UHGV virus genome: UHGV-0317772
Source of the DNA: a virus
Reading direction: 5' to 3' (one strand)
Length of the DNA stretch: 39,687 nucleotides
Shown here piece by piece: positions 17,547 through 25,489 of this stretch. Position numbers and translations under genes: made by a program. Position 1 is the first letter of the stretch. The number at the start of each line of letters is the position of its first letter. Below the pieces are notes generated by a model. That model saw only the letters and a program-made list of their open reading frames with translations, searched no databases and was not told the origin of the DNA.

Positions 17547-18233
17547 GTGTTTAAACCATTAATCGATTCATATTCAGCGGTTCTGAAAAAGTTCAAAGGA
17601 AACGACATAGGTGCAACGATCAATGAAGAAGTGAACATTGATCGACTAAAGACGATGTATGACGGCTACGATGGCGATCGAGTCATTGAAATTCGTTTTA
17701 TTGATCCTAGACGTTTCACTGTACAGCAACGAAACTTCATCTATGCACTCATAGGCGATATTTTCATCGATACAGGCATGCCAACGGACTTCTGGAAGGA
17801 ATTCTTCTACTTCCGTTTTGAAGGTGTCACAGGGCGCGAAATAAGCCTCAAAGACGAATCGAGCACAACCGTGAGTGATGCCAATATCTTAGCGAATATC
17901 ATCCTAGATTTTATCTTTGAACATCATATTCCTTTCAAAGAAGGTTATGAGATTTTACCAGCTAATCAAGAATATTACTTCTACAAATGCATCACAAAAA
18001 GAGTCTGCTGCATCTGTGGCAAAACAGGAGCTGACATCGATCACTTTGACAAAGCGCTAGGAAGACGAAAGCGCAAAGAAGTTGATCATGCAGAGTACAC
18101 ATTTGCAGCACTCTGCAGAATCCATCACACAGAGAAGCACAAAATAGGTGTGATTAATTTCAAAAATAAATATCAAATCAAAGGGATCAAATTAAACCAG
18201 AAAACAATCAAAAAGTTAAATATTGGAGGGTAA
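17547..18233 (+). CDS. Phage protein with C-terminal HNH-like zinc-binding motif
   Basis: 228 aa with the motif CCICGKTGADIDHFDKALGRRKRKEVDHAEYTFAALCRIHHTEKH. Confidence 0.45.
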   Translation: MFKPLIDSYSAVLKKFKGNDIGATINEEVNIDRLKTMYDGYDGDRVIEIRFIDPRRFTVQQRNFIYALIGDIFIDTGMPTDFWKEFFYFRFEGVTGREISLKDESSTTVSDANILANIILDFIFEHHIPFKEGYEILPANQEYYFYKCITKRVCCICGKTGADIDHFDKALGRRKRKEVDHAEYTFAALCRIHHTEKHKIGVINFKNKYQIKGIKLNQKTIKKLNIGG

Positions 18234-18235
18234 AA

Positions 18236-18985
18236 ATGACAGAACATCGAAGTTATTATGCGATTATACCAGCCAACGTAAGGTACGACAAAAGACTTAA
18301 ACCAAATACTAAGTTGTTATACGGAGAGATAACGGCCTTGTGTAATGAAAGAGGCTTTTGTTGGGCAGGCAATGAGTACTTTGCAGATTTATATGGTGTG
18401 AATAAAGAGACCATATCGCGATGGGTAAGTGATTTGATTAAGTTTGGATACTTGAATCGGGAAATCATTTACAAAGAGGGTACCAATCAAATAATCAATA
18501 GGTACCTACGAATTAATCAATACCCTATTGACGAAAAACGCAATACCCCTATTGACGAAAAAGTCAAAGATAATAATACATCTATTAATAATACATTTAA
18601 TAATACAAAAGAATATATAAGAGAGTTACCGCCTTCGAAAAAATCGAAGGCTAAGCCCGTCCGTCATAAATACGGAGAGTATAAAAATGTTCTTTTGTCA
18701 GATGAGCAGATGGAGAAACTCAAAACAGAATTCCCTAATGATTACCAAGAGCGAATCGAACGACTGTCAGAGTATTGTGAATCATCTGGTAAGACTTATA
18801 AAAACTATTTGGCAACTATTCGAAGTTGGGCAAGGAAAGAAAAAAGTGAACCTAAGAACGCAAGCAGTGGATACAAGCGCACAGGAAGACGAGAGAAGCT
18901 TCCTGAATGGGCAATCGACCAAGAAGCCTATCTCAAGAAAAAAGCGCTAGAACGAGCTAATAGACAATCAAAAGCACCATTCTAA
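18236..18985 (+). CDS. Replisome organiser / replication initiation protein (DnaD-like N-terminal domain)
   Basis: The N-terminus YYAIIPANVRYDKRLKPNTKLLYGEITALCNERGFCWAGNEYFADLYGV matches the phage replisome-organiser N-terminal family. An internal 19-20 bp direct repeat lies at 18523-18565. Confidence 0.65.
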   Translation: MTEHRSYYAIIPANVRYDKRLKPNTKLLYGEITALCNERGFCWAGNEYFADLYGVNKETISRWVSDLIKFGYLNREIIYKEGTNQIINRYLRINQYPIDEKRNTPIDEKVKDNNTSINNTFNNTKEYIRELPPSKKSKAKPVRHKYGEYKNVLLSDEQMEKLKTEFPNDYQERIERLSEYCESSGKTYKNYLATIRSWARKEKSEPKNASSGYKRTGRREKLPEWAIDQEAYLKKKALERANRQSKAPF

Positions 18986-18996
18986 GAGGTGGAAAA

Positions 18997-19266
18997 ATGA
19001 AGATCGATTATCTAGAACTAATTAATGAAATAGCGAATTATAAAAAGGGCGAGGAATTAGACGTCCTGAGAGACGTATATGATCAACTCGAAGAAGCTGG
19101 AATTGAAGGAATTAAGAATGATCGTTCGAGTTGGAGTAAGCTCAGATACTATTTCGCACTTTATATCGATACAACACAATTAAGAAATTTAGCATATACC
19201 AAATTACTATTTGTTGATTGTGTTAAAGGCTTGCAAAAACATCTTAATGAACTTGAGCAGGTGTAA
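18997..19266 (+). CDS. Hypothetical protein
   Basis: 89 aa with RBS AGAGGTGGAAAAATG. Confidence 0.4.
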   Translation: MKIDYLELINEIANYKKGEELDVLRDVYDQLEEAGIEGIKNDRSSWSKLRYYFALYIDTTQLRNLAYTKLLFVDCVKGLQKHLNELEQV

Positions 19267-19270
19267 TCAG

Positions 19271-19435
19271 ATGGACCTAAAGACATTTACAGCACAGATT
19301 GAACTAATGCATCAAGAAGCTTTAAGACAAAGTGTATCGTACGAAGACAAGTGGCTCAACACGTTCCATGGCGGACGTGAGAGCGCACTTGATCAAGTAC
19401 TCAAATTACTGAAAGGAGAATGTCGGGATGGATAA
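19271..19435 (+). CDS. Hypothetical small protein
   Basis: 54 aa. The start ATG was chosen inside the listed ORF. Confidence 0.35.
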   Translation: MDLKTFTAQIELMHQEALRQSVSYEDKWLNTFHGGRESALDQVLKLLKGECRDG

Positions 19436-19730
19436 GAAAGCGGCAATGCAGCGAATTATCGAATTGACTTATTCAGAAGATTGGCAAAATGACAAAGAAG
19501 CTGCTTCAGAAGTGATGAGGCTTGGAAGAGCGATGTGGGCAGACAAGAGCAACAAGCCAAGACCACGAAAAATCGCAATTTGGCACGGTGACAAACTTCT
19601 AGTGATAGGGACAGCTGAACAGTTAGCAAGTCTCACAGGCTTGCACGAGAAAATCGTGAGGAAAAGAGCAAGGTGTGGCTACACAGACGCTAAGAAGAGA
19701 ACGTTTAGATACGTGGAGGAATCATCATGA
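19428..19730 (+). CDS. Hypothetical protein, paralogue 1
   Basis: 100 aa, about 55-60% identical to the 19885-20190 product. Confidence 0.5.
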   Translation: MDKKAAMQRIIELTYSEDWQNDKEAASEVMRLGRAMWADKSNKPRPRKIAIWHGDKLLVIGTAEQLASLTGLHEKIVRKRARCGYTDAKKRTFRYVEESS

Positions 19731-19888
19731 CAACAGAAGAAGTGATTCAAATGCGTATTCGAAGCCTTCAGCGTGAGATTGACGATCTGGAACGAACAAA
19801 GGCAGTGATGGTCAATGAAACGGCGAGAAAGGCAATCGATTTGCACATAGAGAATTTAAGAAGGGAAATCCATCGATTGGAGGAATGA
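19727..19888 (+). CDS. Small coiled-coil protein (53 aa)
   Basis: ATGA overlaps at both ends. It is not in the ORF track. Confidence 0.35.
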   Translation: MTTEEVIQMRIRSLQREIDDLERTKAVMVNETARKAIDLHIENLRREIHRLEE

Positions 19889-20190
19889 GCGTGGATAAGA
19901 AAGCAGCAATGAAAAGAATTGCTGAATTAACCAAGTCAGAATCTTGGCAAGAAGACAAAGAAATAGTTGCAGAAGTCCAAAAGCTCGGTAAATCAATGTG
20001 GACTGAAAAGCCCAAACGGAGAACGCCGAGAAAAATTGCAATCTGGCATGATGACCGAATTTTAGTAACAGGTACTGCTGAACAGTTATCTGAAATTACT
20101 GGATTAAGCAAAAACATTATCTGGGATAGAGCTAGGAGCTTATGGATTGATTCAAAAGGACGACAGTTTAGGTATGTGGAGGAGAGATAA
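19885..20190 (+). CDS. Hypothetical protein, paralogue 2
   Basis: 101 aa, with the block PRKIAIWH.D..L...GTAEQL shared with paralogue 1. Confidence 0.5.
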   Translation: MSVDKKAAMKRIAELTKSESWQEDKEIVAEVQKLGKSMWTEKPKRRTPRKIAIWHDDRILVTGTAEQLSEITGLSKNIIWDRARSLWIDSKGRQFRYVEER

Positions 20191-20510
20191 TGGATCTCAT
20201 TACACAATACAGTGACATCATCCTCAAGAAAATCATGATGAAGATTCAGAAAGATAAAAAATCAAAAGAACGAGCTGAATTAGTTAAGTTAGAAATGGCT
20301 GAAACAGGAGCAGGAGTGCGAAGTAGCAGGCATTGGAAAGCAACAGCAAACATTGAATTTTATTACAACGAAATTCAAAAAGGCTTTGAGCAGATGCGCG
20401 AGCTTGATAAACAAACGAATTGGAGGAAGAAACTTCATCAAGATCGTTTCAAATTTGTAGAGAAATATAAAGAGATATTAGACGAATACTTGGAGGACAG
20501 CAATGAATAA
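20190..20510 (+). CDS. Hypothetical protein
   Basis: 106 aa, translationally coupled. Confidence 0.4.
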   Translation: MDLITQYSDIILKKIMMKIQKDKKSKERAELVKLEMAETGAGVRSSRHWKATANIEFYYNEIQKGFEQMRELDKQTNWRKKLHQDRFKFVEKYKEILDEYLEDSNE

Positions 20511-20700
20511 AAATAAACAGGAATTGATTAATGAACTAAAGAGAATTTCACTAGAAAAACAGCACAAAGCCCTGACGCATCCAGAAAGCAAAAATTACTA
20601 TGAGGGCATGGTGATGGCTTATTCTCAAGTCGTTCATATGGTTAATACGGTGTTAAAACTAGACGAATCGCAGAAACCAGTTATGCCTAAGTTTTTTTGA
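20503..20700 (+). CDS. Hypothetical protein
   Basis: 65 aa. Confidence 0.35.
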   Translation: MNKNKQELINELKRISLEKQHKALTHPESKNYYEGMVMAYSQVVHMVNTVLKLDESQKPVMPKFF

Positions 20701-20782
20701 TGATTGGGCAAAAAGAGTTATAGCAGAACGTGACAAGTTTTATGCCATTTCTCTTATTGCACGTGCAGGTTGGGGTTATGGC

Positions 20783-21130
20783 GTGGACTATGAACTTGGT
20801 AAAAGCGAAAATTCTTCCACAACAAGAGAGTTACTAGATTGGCTTGTTGAAGATAGCCTTTATCTTAATAAAGAAAAAGCAATAAATGCGTTGCTGTATG
20901 GTTACGAGGTTGAGAAAGAACCGTTGTATTATGTGAAGTTACCAGTTGTGTATTTTAATCATTTGGATTTAGAGACGTATCTAATGAAAGATGATCGAGG
21001 AAATATAACAATTGCAGACAACAATGATTTTGATGATATGAAATTTACGGAATCAGAAATAAAAGCAATTGATGAAAGATATTGGCCATTTGCTGTGCCA
21101 GTGATAGAAGGATTAGAACAAGAGGAATAG
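20783..21130 (+). CDS. Hypothetical protein (GTG start)
   Basis: 115 aa. The frame is open from 20663 with no ATG, and the only plausible start is GTG 20783 after a G-rich stretch. Confidence 0.35.
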   Translation: MDYELGKSENSSTTRELLDWLVEDSLYLNKEKAINALLYGYEVEKEPLYYVKLPVVYFNHLDLETYLMKDDRGNITIADNNDFDDMKFTESEIKAIDERYWPFAVPVIEGLEQEE

Positions 21131-21132
21131 AA

Positions 21133-21330
21133 ATGAAAGCATACACAATCAAGTTTTATGGAAATAAAACCTTTGTATACATCCTAAGCGGTCTCAGACT
21201 TGATTTTAGAGGCTATTCAAAAGAAGACCTTTTAGAATCCTTATATGGTTACGGATATTTAAATGAAGATGAACTAATAAGCTTAGAGAAATTTACAAAT
21301 GCTTGGACGATTGAGGAGGAAGCGGAATGA
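21133..21330 (+). CDS. Hypothetical protein
   Basis: 65 aa with RBS AGAGGAATAGAAATG. Confidence 0.4.
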   Translation: MKAYTIKFYGNKTFVYILSGLRLDFRGYSKEDLLESLYGYGYLNEDELISLEKFTNAWTIEEEAE

Positions 21331-21632
21331 ATGTTCAAGTTTATTTAAAAAGAGATTTGGCCAGGTTTCCTCGAAGCTGGGATGAATATTCCTGCCCATT
21401 CGAGGCAGAAGAAGAGAGCTATCTAATGTCTGCTAACATGATAGAAATTACAAGAGATGATGCGGATGAGGTTGATAAAAAAAGATCATGGTACTCGGTT
21501 TCGAATCCAATGTATACGGCTGTAATAGAAGATTATCATATATCCGACAGATTTATTCTGGTTGATCTAGAAAGACCTAAGAAACGAATTAAACAGTATA
21601 GACGTTGCGGGTTTTCAACAAAGAAATGGTGA
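21327..21632 (+). CDS. Hypothetical protein
   Basis: 101 aa with ATGA overlap. Confidence 0.4.
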   Translation: MNVQVYLKRDLARFPRSWDEYSCPFEAEEESYLMSANMIEITRDDADEVDKKRSWYSVSNPMYTAVIEDYHISDRFILVDLERPKKRIKQYRRCGFSTKKW

Positions 21633-21654
21633 AAATAAAACAGGAGGAAGCAGA

Positions 21655-21885
21655 ATGAAATACGAAATAGCACTAAGCGAAGCAGACGTTCAGTCAATTA
21701 TTAATGGTCGCAAAGTTAAATTCAAACTTTCTGATGGTACTGAAATAGTTATCAGACAAAGTTATTTGAAAGATATGGCAGCTCCTGTATTAATTGATCG
21801 TTTTAACGTGACTGATTCTGTGGTAGAGAACCACTTGAAAGAATTTCGATCAAGTATAAACGACACTTTCAGATTAGGGAGTTGA
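21655..21885 (+). CDS. Hypothetical protein
   Basis: 76 aa with RBS CAGGAGGAAGCAGAATG. Confidence 0.45.
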   Translation: MKYEIALSEADVQSIINGRKVKFKLSDGTEIVIRQSYLKDMAAPVLIDRFNVTDSVVENHLKEFRSSINDTFRLGS

Positions 21886-21891
21886 TTGACA

Positions 21892-22089
21892 ATGAACAAC
21901 AGACACCGCAGAGTAACAAAACTAAGAAAACAAGAACTTAATGCACTGAAGGCGAAGTTTGAAAAAGAATACGGAATTTCTATAGAAGAAGCATACAAAG
22001 TGGCAAGTCAGTGTGTTGCTGATGCGAGTGAGGCTATTCGTAAGTTTGGAATTTCGATACTAGATATTAAATGGGAGGATACAGAATGA
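21892..22089 (+). CDS. Hypothetical protein
   Basis: 65 aa with RBS GGGAG. Confidence 0.4.
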   Translation: MNNRHRRVTKLRKQELNALKAKFEKEYGISIEEAYKVASQCVADASEAIRKFGISILDIKWEDTE

Positions 22090-22292
22090 AGATTTATGTA
22101 GTAAAGTTTGGAAATCAATTTTACAGAAGTGATGAACGTTCTATAGGGGCTAACACATTATCCATTGTAGACATACTCCAAAGTGCAAGATGGTTTGATA
22201 ATCTCGAAGAAGCTAACCAAGTTTCACGACGACTTGGTGGATTAGCGCAAGTATATGAACTGGTCACTATCGATCACGAGGAGGTAGAGTAA
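22086..22292 (+). CDS. Hypothetical protein
   Basis: 68 aa with RBS GGGAGGATACAGAATG. Confidence 0.4.
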   Translation: MKIYVVKFGNQFYRSDERSIGANTLSIVDILQSARWFDNLEEANQVSRRLGGLAQVYELVTIDHEEVE

Positions 22293-22588
22293 TGAAACTA
22301 AAAGACGGATTCTACTCTAGCAGTCACGGTATCGGAGGTTTAATGCTAGATATGCCGACAAAGAACCCTAAAACACGTAAGAAACCAAAATTCAAAGTCG
22401 GTGACATGGTTCGCTGCGAAGCAGAAGGGTTCATCTATCCGTTTCGTGGATATGTAGAGCATCTCTATAATCACTCAGCGATCATTCGCATTGAAAACAC
22501 GATGGAATGCGACAAGTGGTTAGCGAAAAGCAAAGATAATTTAGCAGTGGTGAGATTGGTGGATATTGAACTAATCAATGACAAATAA
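22292..22588 (+). CDS. Hypothetical protein
   Basis: 98 aa. Confidence 0.4.
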   Translation: MKLKDGFYSSSHGIGGLMLDMPTKNPKTRKKPKFKVGDMVRCEAEGFIYPFRGYVEHLYNHSAIIRIENTMECDKWLAKSKDNLAVVRLVDIELINDK

Positions 22589-22660
22589 AAAAGCCGGATC
22601 GCTCCGACTGATCTAATAAATTCCACAAGTTTATTATATCACATAAAGGAGCGGTTTGAC

Positions 22661-23077
22661 TTGATGCAATTGTTACGAGAGGTAGATTTCAAACAGACAA
22701 GATGTAATGCGAGAGATGTGCTGAAGAACTTTCGGCGCTTGGAGCGGATGGCAGGTCGCTCTTTGATAGATATTAAGTCGCCGATTATTACGGATATGCC
22801 GAAGGCACCAAAGCACGGCAATAAGGCAGAAGACGCGATCATTCAGATGATGGATATAGAAACGGAGAGAGATGCGATTCTAGCGGCTTTGATGGCTCTT
22901 AGTCTGATTAGTCGTCAGATACTCTACTACAGCTTCTGTGTGCCAGATAGCTTCTCAAACTACAGAATTAGCCGTGAAGTGGGTTATTCAGAAAGAAGTA
23001 TACAACGGATGAAGTCGGAAGCTCTAATAGAGTTTGCAGAAGCATATAAACACGGAAAAATAATTGCTTATAAATAA
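22661..23077 (+). CDS. ArpU-family late-gene transcriptional regulator
   Basis: 138 aa. Size, position (last gene before the packaging module) and the sigma-region-4-like C-terminal half (RISREVGYSERSIQRMKSEALIEFAEAY) fit the ArpU family. Confidence 0.6.
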   Translation: MMQLLREVDFKQTRCNARDVLKNFRRLERMAGRSLIDIKSPIITDMPKAPKHGNKAEDAIIQMMDIETERDAILAALMALSLISRQILYYSFCVPDSFSNYRISREVGYSERSIQRMKSEALIEFAEAYKHGKIIAYK

Positions 23078-23079
23078 TT

Positions 23080-23112
23080 TGGCGGTTTTTTGGCGGAATG
23101 ATGGCGGTTTTT
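23080..23112 (+). repeat. Three TGGCGG motifs phased exactly 11 bp apart
   Basis: TGGCGGttttt, TGGCGGaatga and TGGCGGttttt start immediately after the ArpU stop. Confidence 0.6.
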
Positions 23113-23217
23113 AGACATTTACCAGTGTTATTATGGTAGTGTCGAAAGATTAGGAAACAGGATCGACAAAATAAACGAAGGGAGGCAATCTCCCTCATCG
23201 TTTTAAACTTCTTCTTA

Positions 23218-23358
23218 GATAGACAGCAACTAATTATGAAGAAAAGGATGTGAATTCAACTCCTCCTAAATTCTTCATCGGTTGCTGTTTATTTTGATTA
23301 GACAGCAGCACTCACAAAACTAAACATGTTCTTGTCGTCTTTCAACTGCTGCTGTCTA
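23218..23358 (+). repeat. Four copies of T(A/T)GACAGCA(A/G)C in alternating orientation, forming two long-loop hairpins
   Basis: The first hairpin has arms ACAGCAAC..TGAAGAA at 23223-23243 and 23271-23288. The second has a perfect 11 bp stem TAGACAGCAGC/GCTGCTGTCTA at 23299-23309 and 23348-23358. Confidence 0.55.
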
Positions 23359-23385
23359 TTAATTTATGTATTGGAGGGAAGAAAA

Positions 23386-23538
23386 ATGAAATTATCAGTA
23401 GAAGGCACTCCAGAAGAAATACAAGAATTGCTCCAAGCTATTGGTAGTAGCAAGGAGCAAAAGGTAAGTGTTTCTAATTCAGATATTGACGGTATTTGCA
23501 ATTGTTTAAACAGAGAAAAAATATCTAATCCTTACTAA
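23386..23538 (+). CDS. Hypothetical small protein (50 aa)
   Basis: RBS GGAGGGAAGAAAAATG. Confidence 0.35.
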   Translation: MKLSVEGTPEEIQELLQAIGSSKEQKVSVSNSDIDGICNCLNREKISNPY

Positions 23539-23822
23539 GAGAAAATATGTTCGTTAATGAATTTCCAATTTTCCTCTGTAGCTCTACCTTGATAATTTTT
23601 TTGCAGTTCACAGATGAATAAGGAATCGTTATTATCAAGTACTGTATTTAATTTTTCACACATTTGATTTGGATTCAAATTAGTTTTAACTAACCAAAAA
23701 GATTTTTGTAGCTTTATATATGCCCCAAATTCTTTTATTATTTCAAATACTTTATCATACTTTTGCCCTGGGTTATTAAGATCATAACTAATCATGTAGG
23801 GTTTATACATGTTGTCTTGCAC
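23535..23822 (-). CDS. Lone Cas2-fold-like small protein (moron)
   Basis: 95 aa, on the opposite strand, with its own promoter. The pattern YMISYDL..KYDKVFEIIKEFGAYIKLQKSFWLV..NPNQMCEKLNTVLDNNDSLFICEL parallels the Cas2/VapD beta1-alpha1-beta2...DS.R.Y.L layout. Confidence 0.35.
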   Translation of the reverse strand: MQDNMYKPYMISYDLNNPGQKYDKVFEIIKEFGAYIKLQKSFWLVKTNLNPNQMCEKLNTVLDNNDSLFICELQKNYQGRATEENWKFINEHIFS

Positions 23823-23865
23823 ATCCTTGTTTTATATTTCAGCGGACCACTCGCTGATAAATAAA

Positions 23866-23893
23866 ATTATACGCTTAGTATTTATTTTCACAA
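23866..23893 (-). promoter_or_regulatory. Promoter TTGTGA-16-TATAAT for the minus-strand moron
   Basis: Read on the minus strand. It lies about 40 nt upstream of the ATG at 23822. Confidence 0.5.
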
Positions 23894-23930
23894 TATTAAT
23901 TTATCGTAATAACTTTTGAGTAAATAGAAC

Positions 23931-23962
23931 AAAAAACCTGCACTAGTTTCCGCTAGTACAGG
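23931..23962 (-). terminator. Minus-strand rho-independent terminator upstream of the moron promoter (insulator)
   Basis: CCTGCACTAG-tttccg-CTAGTACAGG (9/10 bp) followed, on the minus strand, by TTTTTTGTT. Confidence 0.45.
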
Positions 23963-24119
23963 CAGTGACTATATCGGTTGATAATCTAGCATATATTAAA
24001 AATAATTGCAAGAAAAGAAATTTATAGTGGTTTATACCAAATTATCAAAGCAATGTTATTTTGTTGCTGTCTATTGTTTTTTAATTATTCACACGATAAC
24101 TAAAGGTGGGTGAAGAGAA

Positions 24120-24203
24120 ATGATTCCATTAATAATTTCAATTTTTGCGCTCTGTCTTAATGTCTATATGATTGGATTTAAAAATGGGCAAAATAAAAAA
24201 TAG
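24120..24203 (+). CDS. Small hydrophobic peptide (27 aa)
   Basis: RBS AAAGGTGGGTGAAGAGAAATG and sequence MIPLIISIFALCLNVYMIGFKNGQNKK. Confidence 0.3.
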   Translation: MIPLIISIFALCLNVYMIGFKNGQNKK

Positions 24204-24228
24204 TAGCAGCCAAGAATAATTTTATAGT

Positions 24229-24524
24229 GTCACTGTGGCGGAAAGGGTAGACGCTAAGCATGTGTGCTAGGTCAATGCTTCGGCAACCATGCAAGGTTCG
24301 ATTCCTTGCCAGCGACATTAAATGCCTATGACGGTTACGACTACCGAAAAAAGATCGTTAAGAAGCTATACGGTGCTACGTACGGCAATGTAGTAAGTGT
24401 GCTATCTGTACACCACCAAGCTTCGGTCACTGTGGCGGAAGTAGAAGACGCAGCGGTAAATGGCGAGTAGCCTCGTGAGAGCCTGGTAAGTTCTCGTGAG
24501 TGGTGCAATCCCACTCCAGCGACT
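24229..24524 (+). ncRNA. Tandem pair of tRNA-like structured RNA elements (unit A 24229-24317; unit B 24426-24524)
   Basis: Both units start GTCACTG-TG-GCGG..AGACGC and end with a 6 bp stem, 7 nt loop, then CAGCGAC. The terminal stems covary (GCAAGG-TTCGATT-CCTTGC versus GAGTGG-TGCAATC-CCACTC). The ends pair 6/7 like an acceptor stem. Unit B carries an anticodon-arm-like AGAGC-CTGGTAA-GTTCT. GC content is locally raised and protein coding is implausible. Confidence 0.4.
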
Positions 24525-24665
24525 TTAAGCAACCGAGGCATCGGCGGTTTAAAAATATAGGGGTGCGCAATTTCGTACGCGTTTTGTGCATCGTGCAAGT
24601 TACTATTACATATTAGATCACTCTTTGAGTGGTCTTTTTATTTTTGCACAAAGGAGGAAACAACA

Positions 24666-24833
24666 ATGTATAGACCACAATACTTAGAACAGAAGTATGA
24701 AGTAATCACTGTTCATAAAGGTAATGGCGAAAAAGTATATGAGTATAGAAGACCAATAAAGAGCGATACATATAAACGAAAGGAAAACAATGAAGTTATT
24801 CCATTGTATGGCAAAAGAATAGCTAAGCATTAA
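24666..24833 (+). CDS. Hypothetical small basic protein (55 aa)
   Basis: RBS AAAGGAGGAAACAACAATG. Confidence 0.4.
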   Translation: MYRPQYLEQKYEVITVHKGNGEKVYEYRRPIKSDTYKRKENNEVIPLYGKRIAKH

Positions 24834-24858
24834 ATAAGATTGCGAAAGGAGACGGAAC

Positions 24859-25203
24859 ATGACCGAGGAATTCTATAGATGGCTATTACAGTTGACAAGA
24901 GAAGATCGTTTGGTTAAGTTCTATCAGTCTCCTAAATGGCGCAGGCTTAGAGAGAAAGCGATGAAACGAGATCACTATGAATGCCAAGAGTGTAGAAGAC
25001 TAGGTAAGTATCATAGAGTAGAGAACGTTCATCATATAAAGGAAGTCAAGGATAGACCTGACTTAGCTTTAGATTTAGATAATCTTATTTGTTTATGTGT
25101 TGAACATCATAATGAAGTTCATGGCAGATATCTTACAGCATTAGATAAACAAGAGAAGAAGATAGAAAGCTTTGCTAACTTCGATGCAAGTGAAAGGTGG
25201 TAA
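24859..25203 (+). CDS. HNH endonuclease (packaging-associated)
   Basis: The motif CQECRRLGKYHRVENVHHIKEVKDRPDLALDLDNLICLCVEHHNEVH is the HNH signature, and the gene sits upstream of terS. Confidence 0.8.
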   Translation: MTEEFYRWLLQLTREDRLVKFYQSPKWRRLREKAMKRDHYECQECRRLGKYHRVENVHHIKEVKDRPDLALDLDNLICLCVEHHNEVHGRYLTALDKQEKKIESFANFDASERW

Positions 25204-25207
25204 GTGC

Positions 25208-25489
25208 ATGATCATCAATGATAATGGCAGAGAGTATGATACAGAAAAGATTGAAGAGTATTCATCTTATACTCAGGGATTAATTAAACGTTTGATATAC
25301 GTTCGCTATGTAGGTATTAGGGATCTGTTATCAGATAACTGTTGTAGTAAATACAAAGTGAATCAAGTAAGAGAAGCGTTGAATAAAGATAATAACGTCG
25401 AAAGAATAAAAAATGTTTTTGGATATAGTATTGAAGAGATTAATTATTACATTGACTTCGCTGAAGCTTTCATTCCGATGGTGAGATAA
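25208..25489 (+). CDS. Hypothetical protein
   Basis: 93 aa. The start ATG was chosen inside the listed ORF. Confidence 0.35.
   Translation: MIINDNGREYDTEKIEEYSSYTQGLIKRLIYVRYVGIRDLLSDNCCSKYKVNQVREALNKDNNVERIKNVFGYSIEEINYYIDFAEAFIPMVR

Noticed and set aside
23535-24120. CRISPR array next to the Cas2-like gene
   Set aside because: No regularly spaced direct repeats occur anywhere in the window. The only nearby repeats are irregular promoter and terminator elements.
24229-24524. Calling units A and B canonical tRNA genes
   Set aside because: Unit A has no anticodon stem-loop. Unit B has a 26 nt insertion between the D-like and anticodon-like arms, and both acceptor stems carry an A-C mismatch. 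They are reported as tRNA-like ncRNA, not tRNA.
24264-24598. ORFs 24264-24470 (+) and 24341-24598 (-) overlapping the GC-rich block
   Set aside because: They have no RBS and the composition is odd (Ala/Ser/Thr runs). The sequence is better explained as structured RNA, since the two tRNA-like units fall exactly here.
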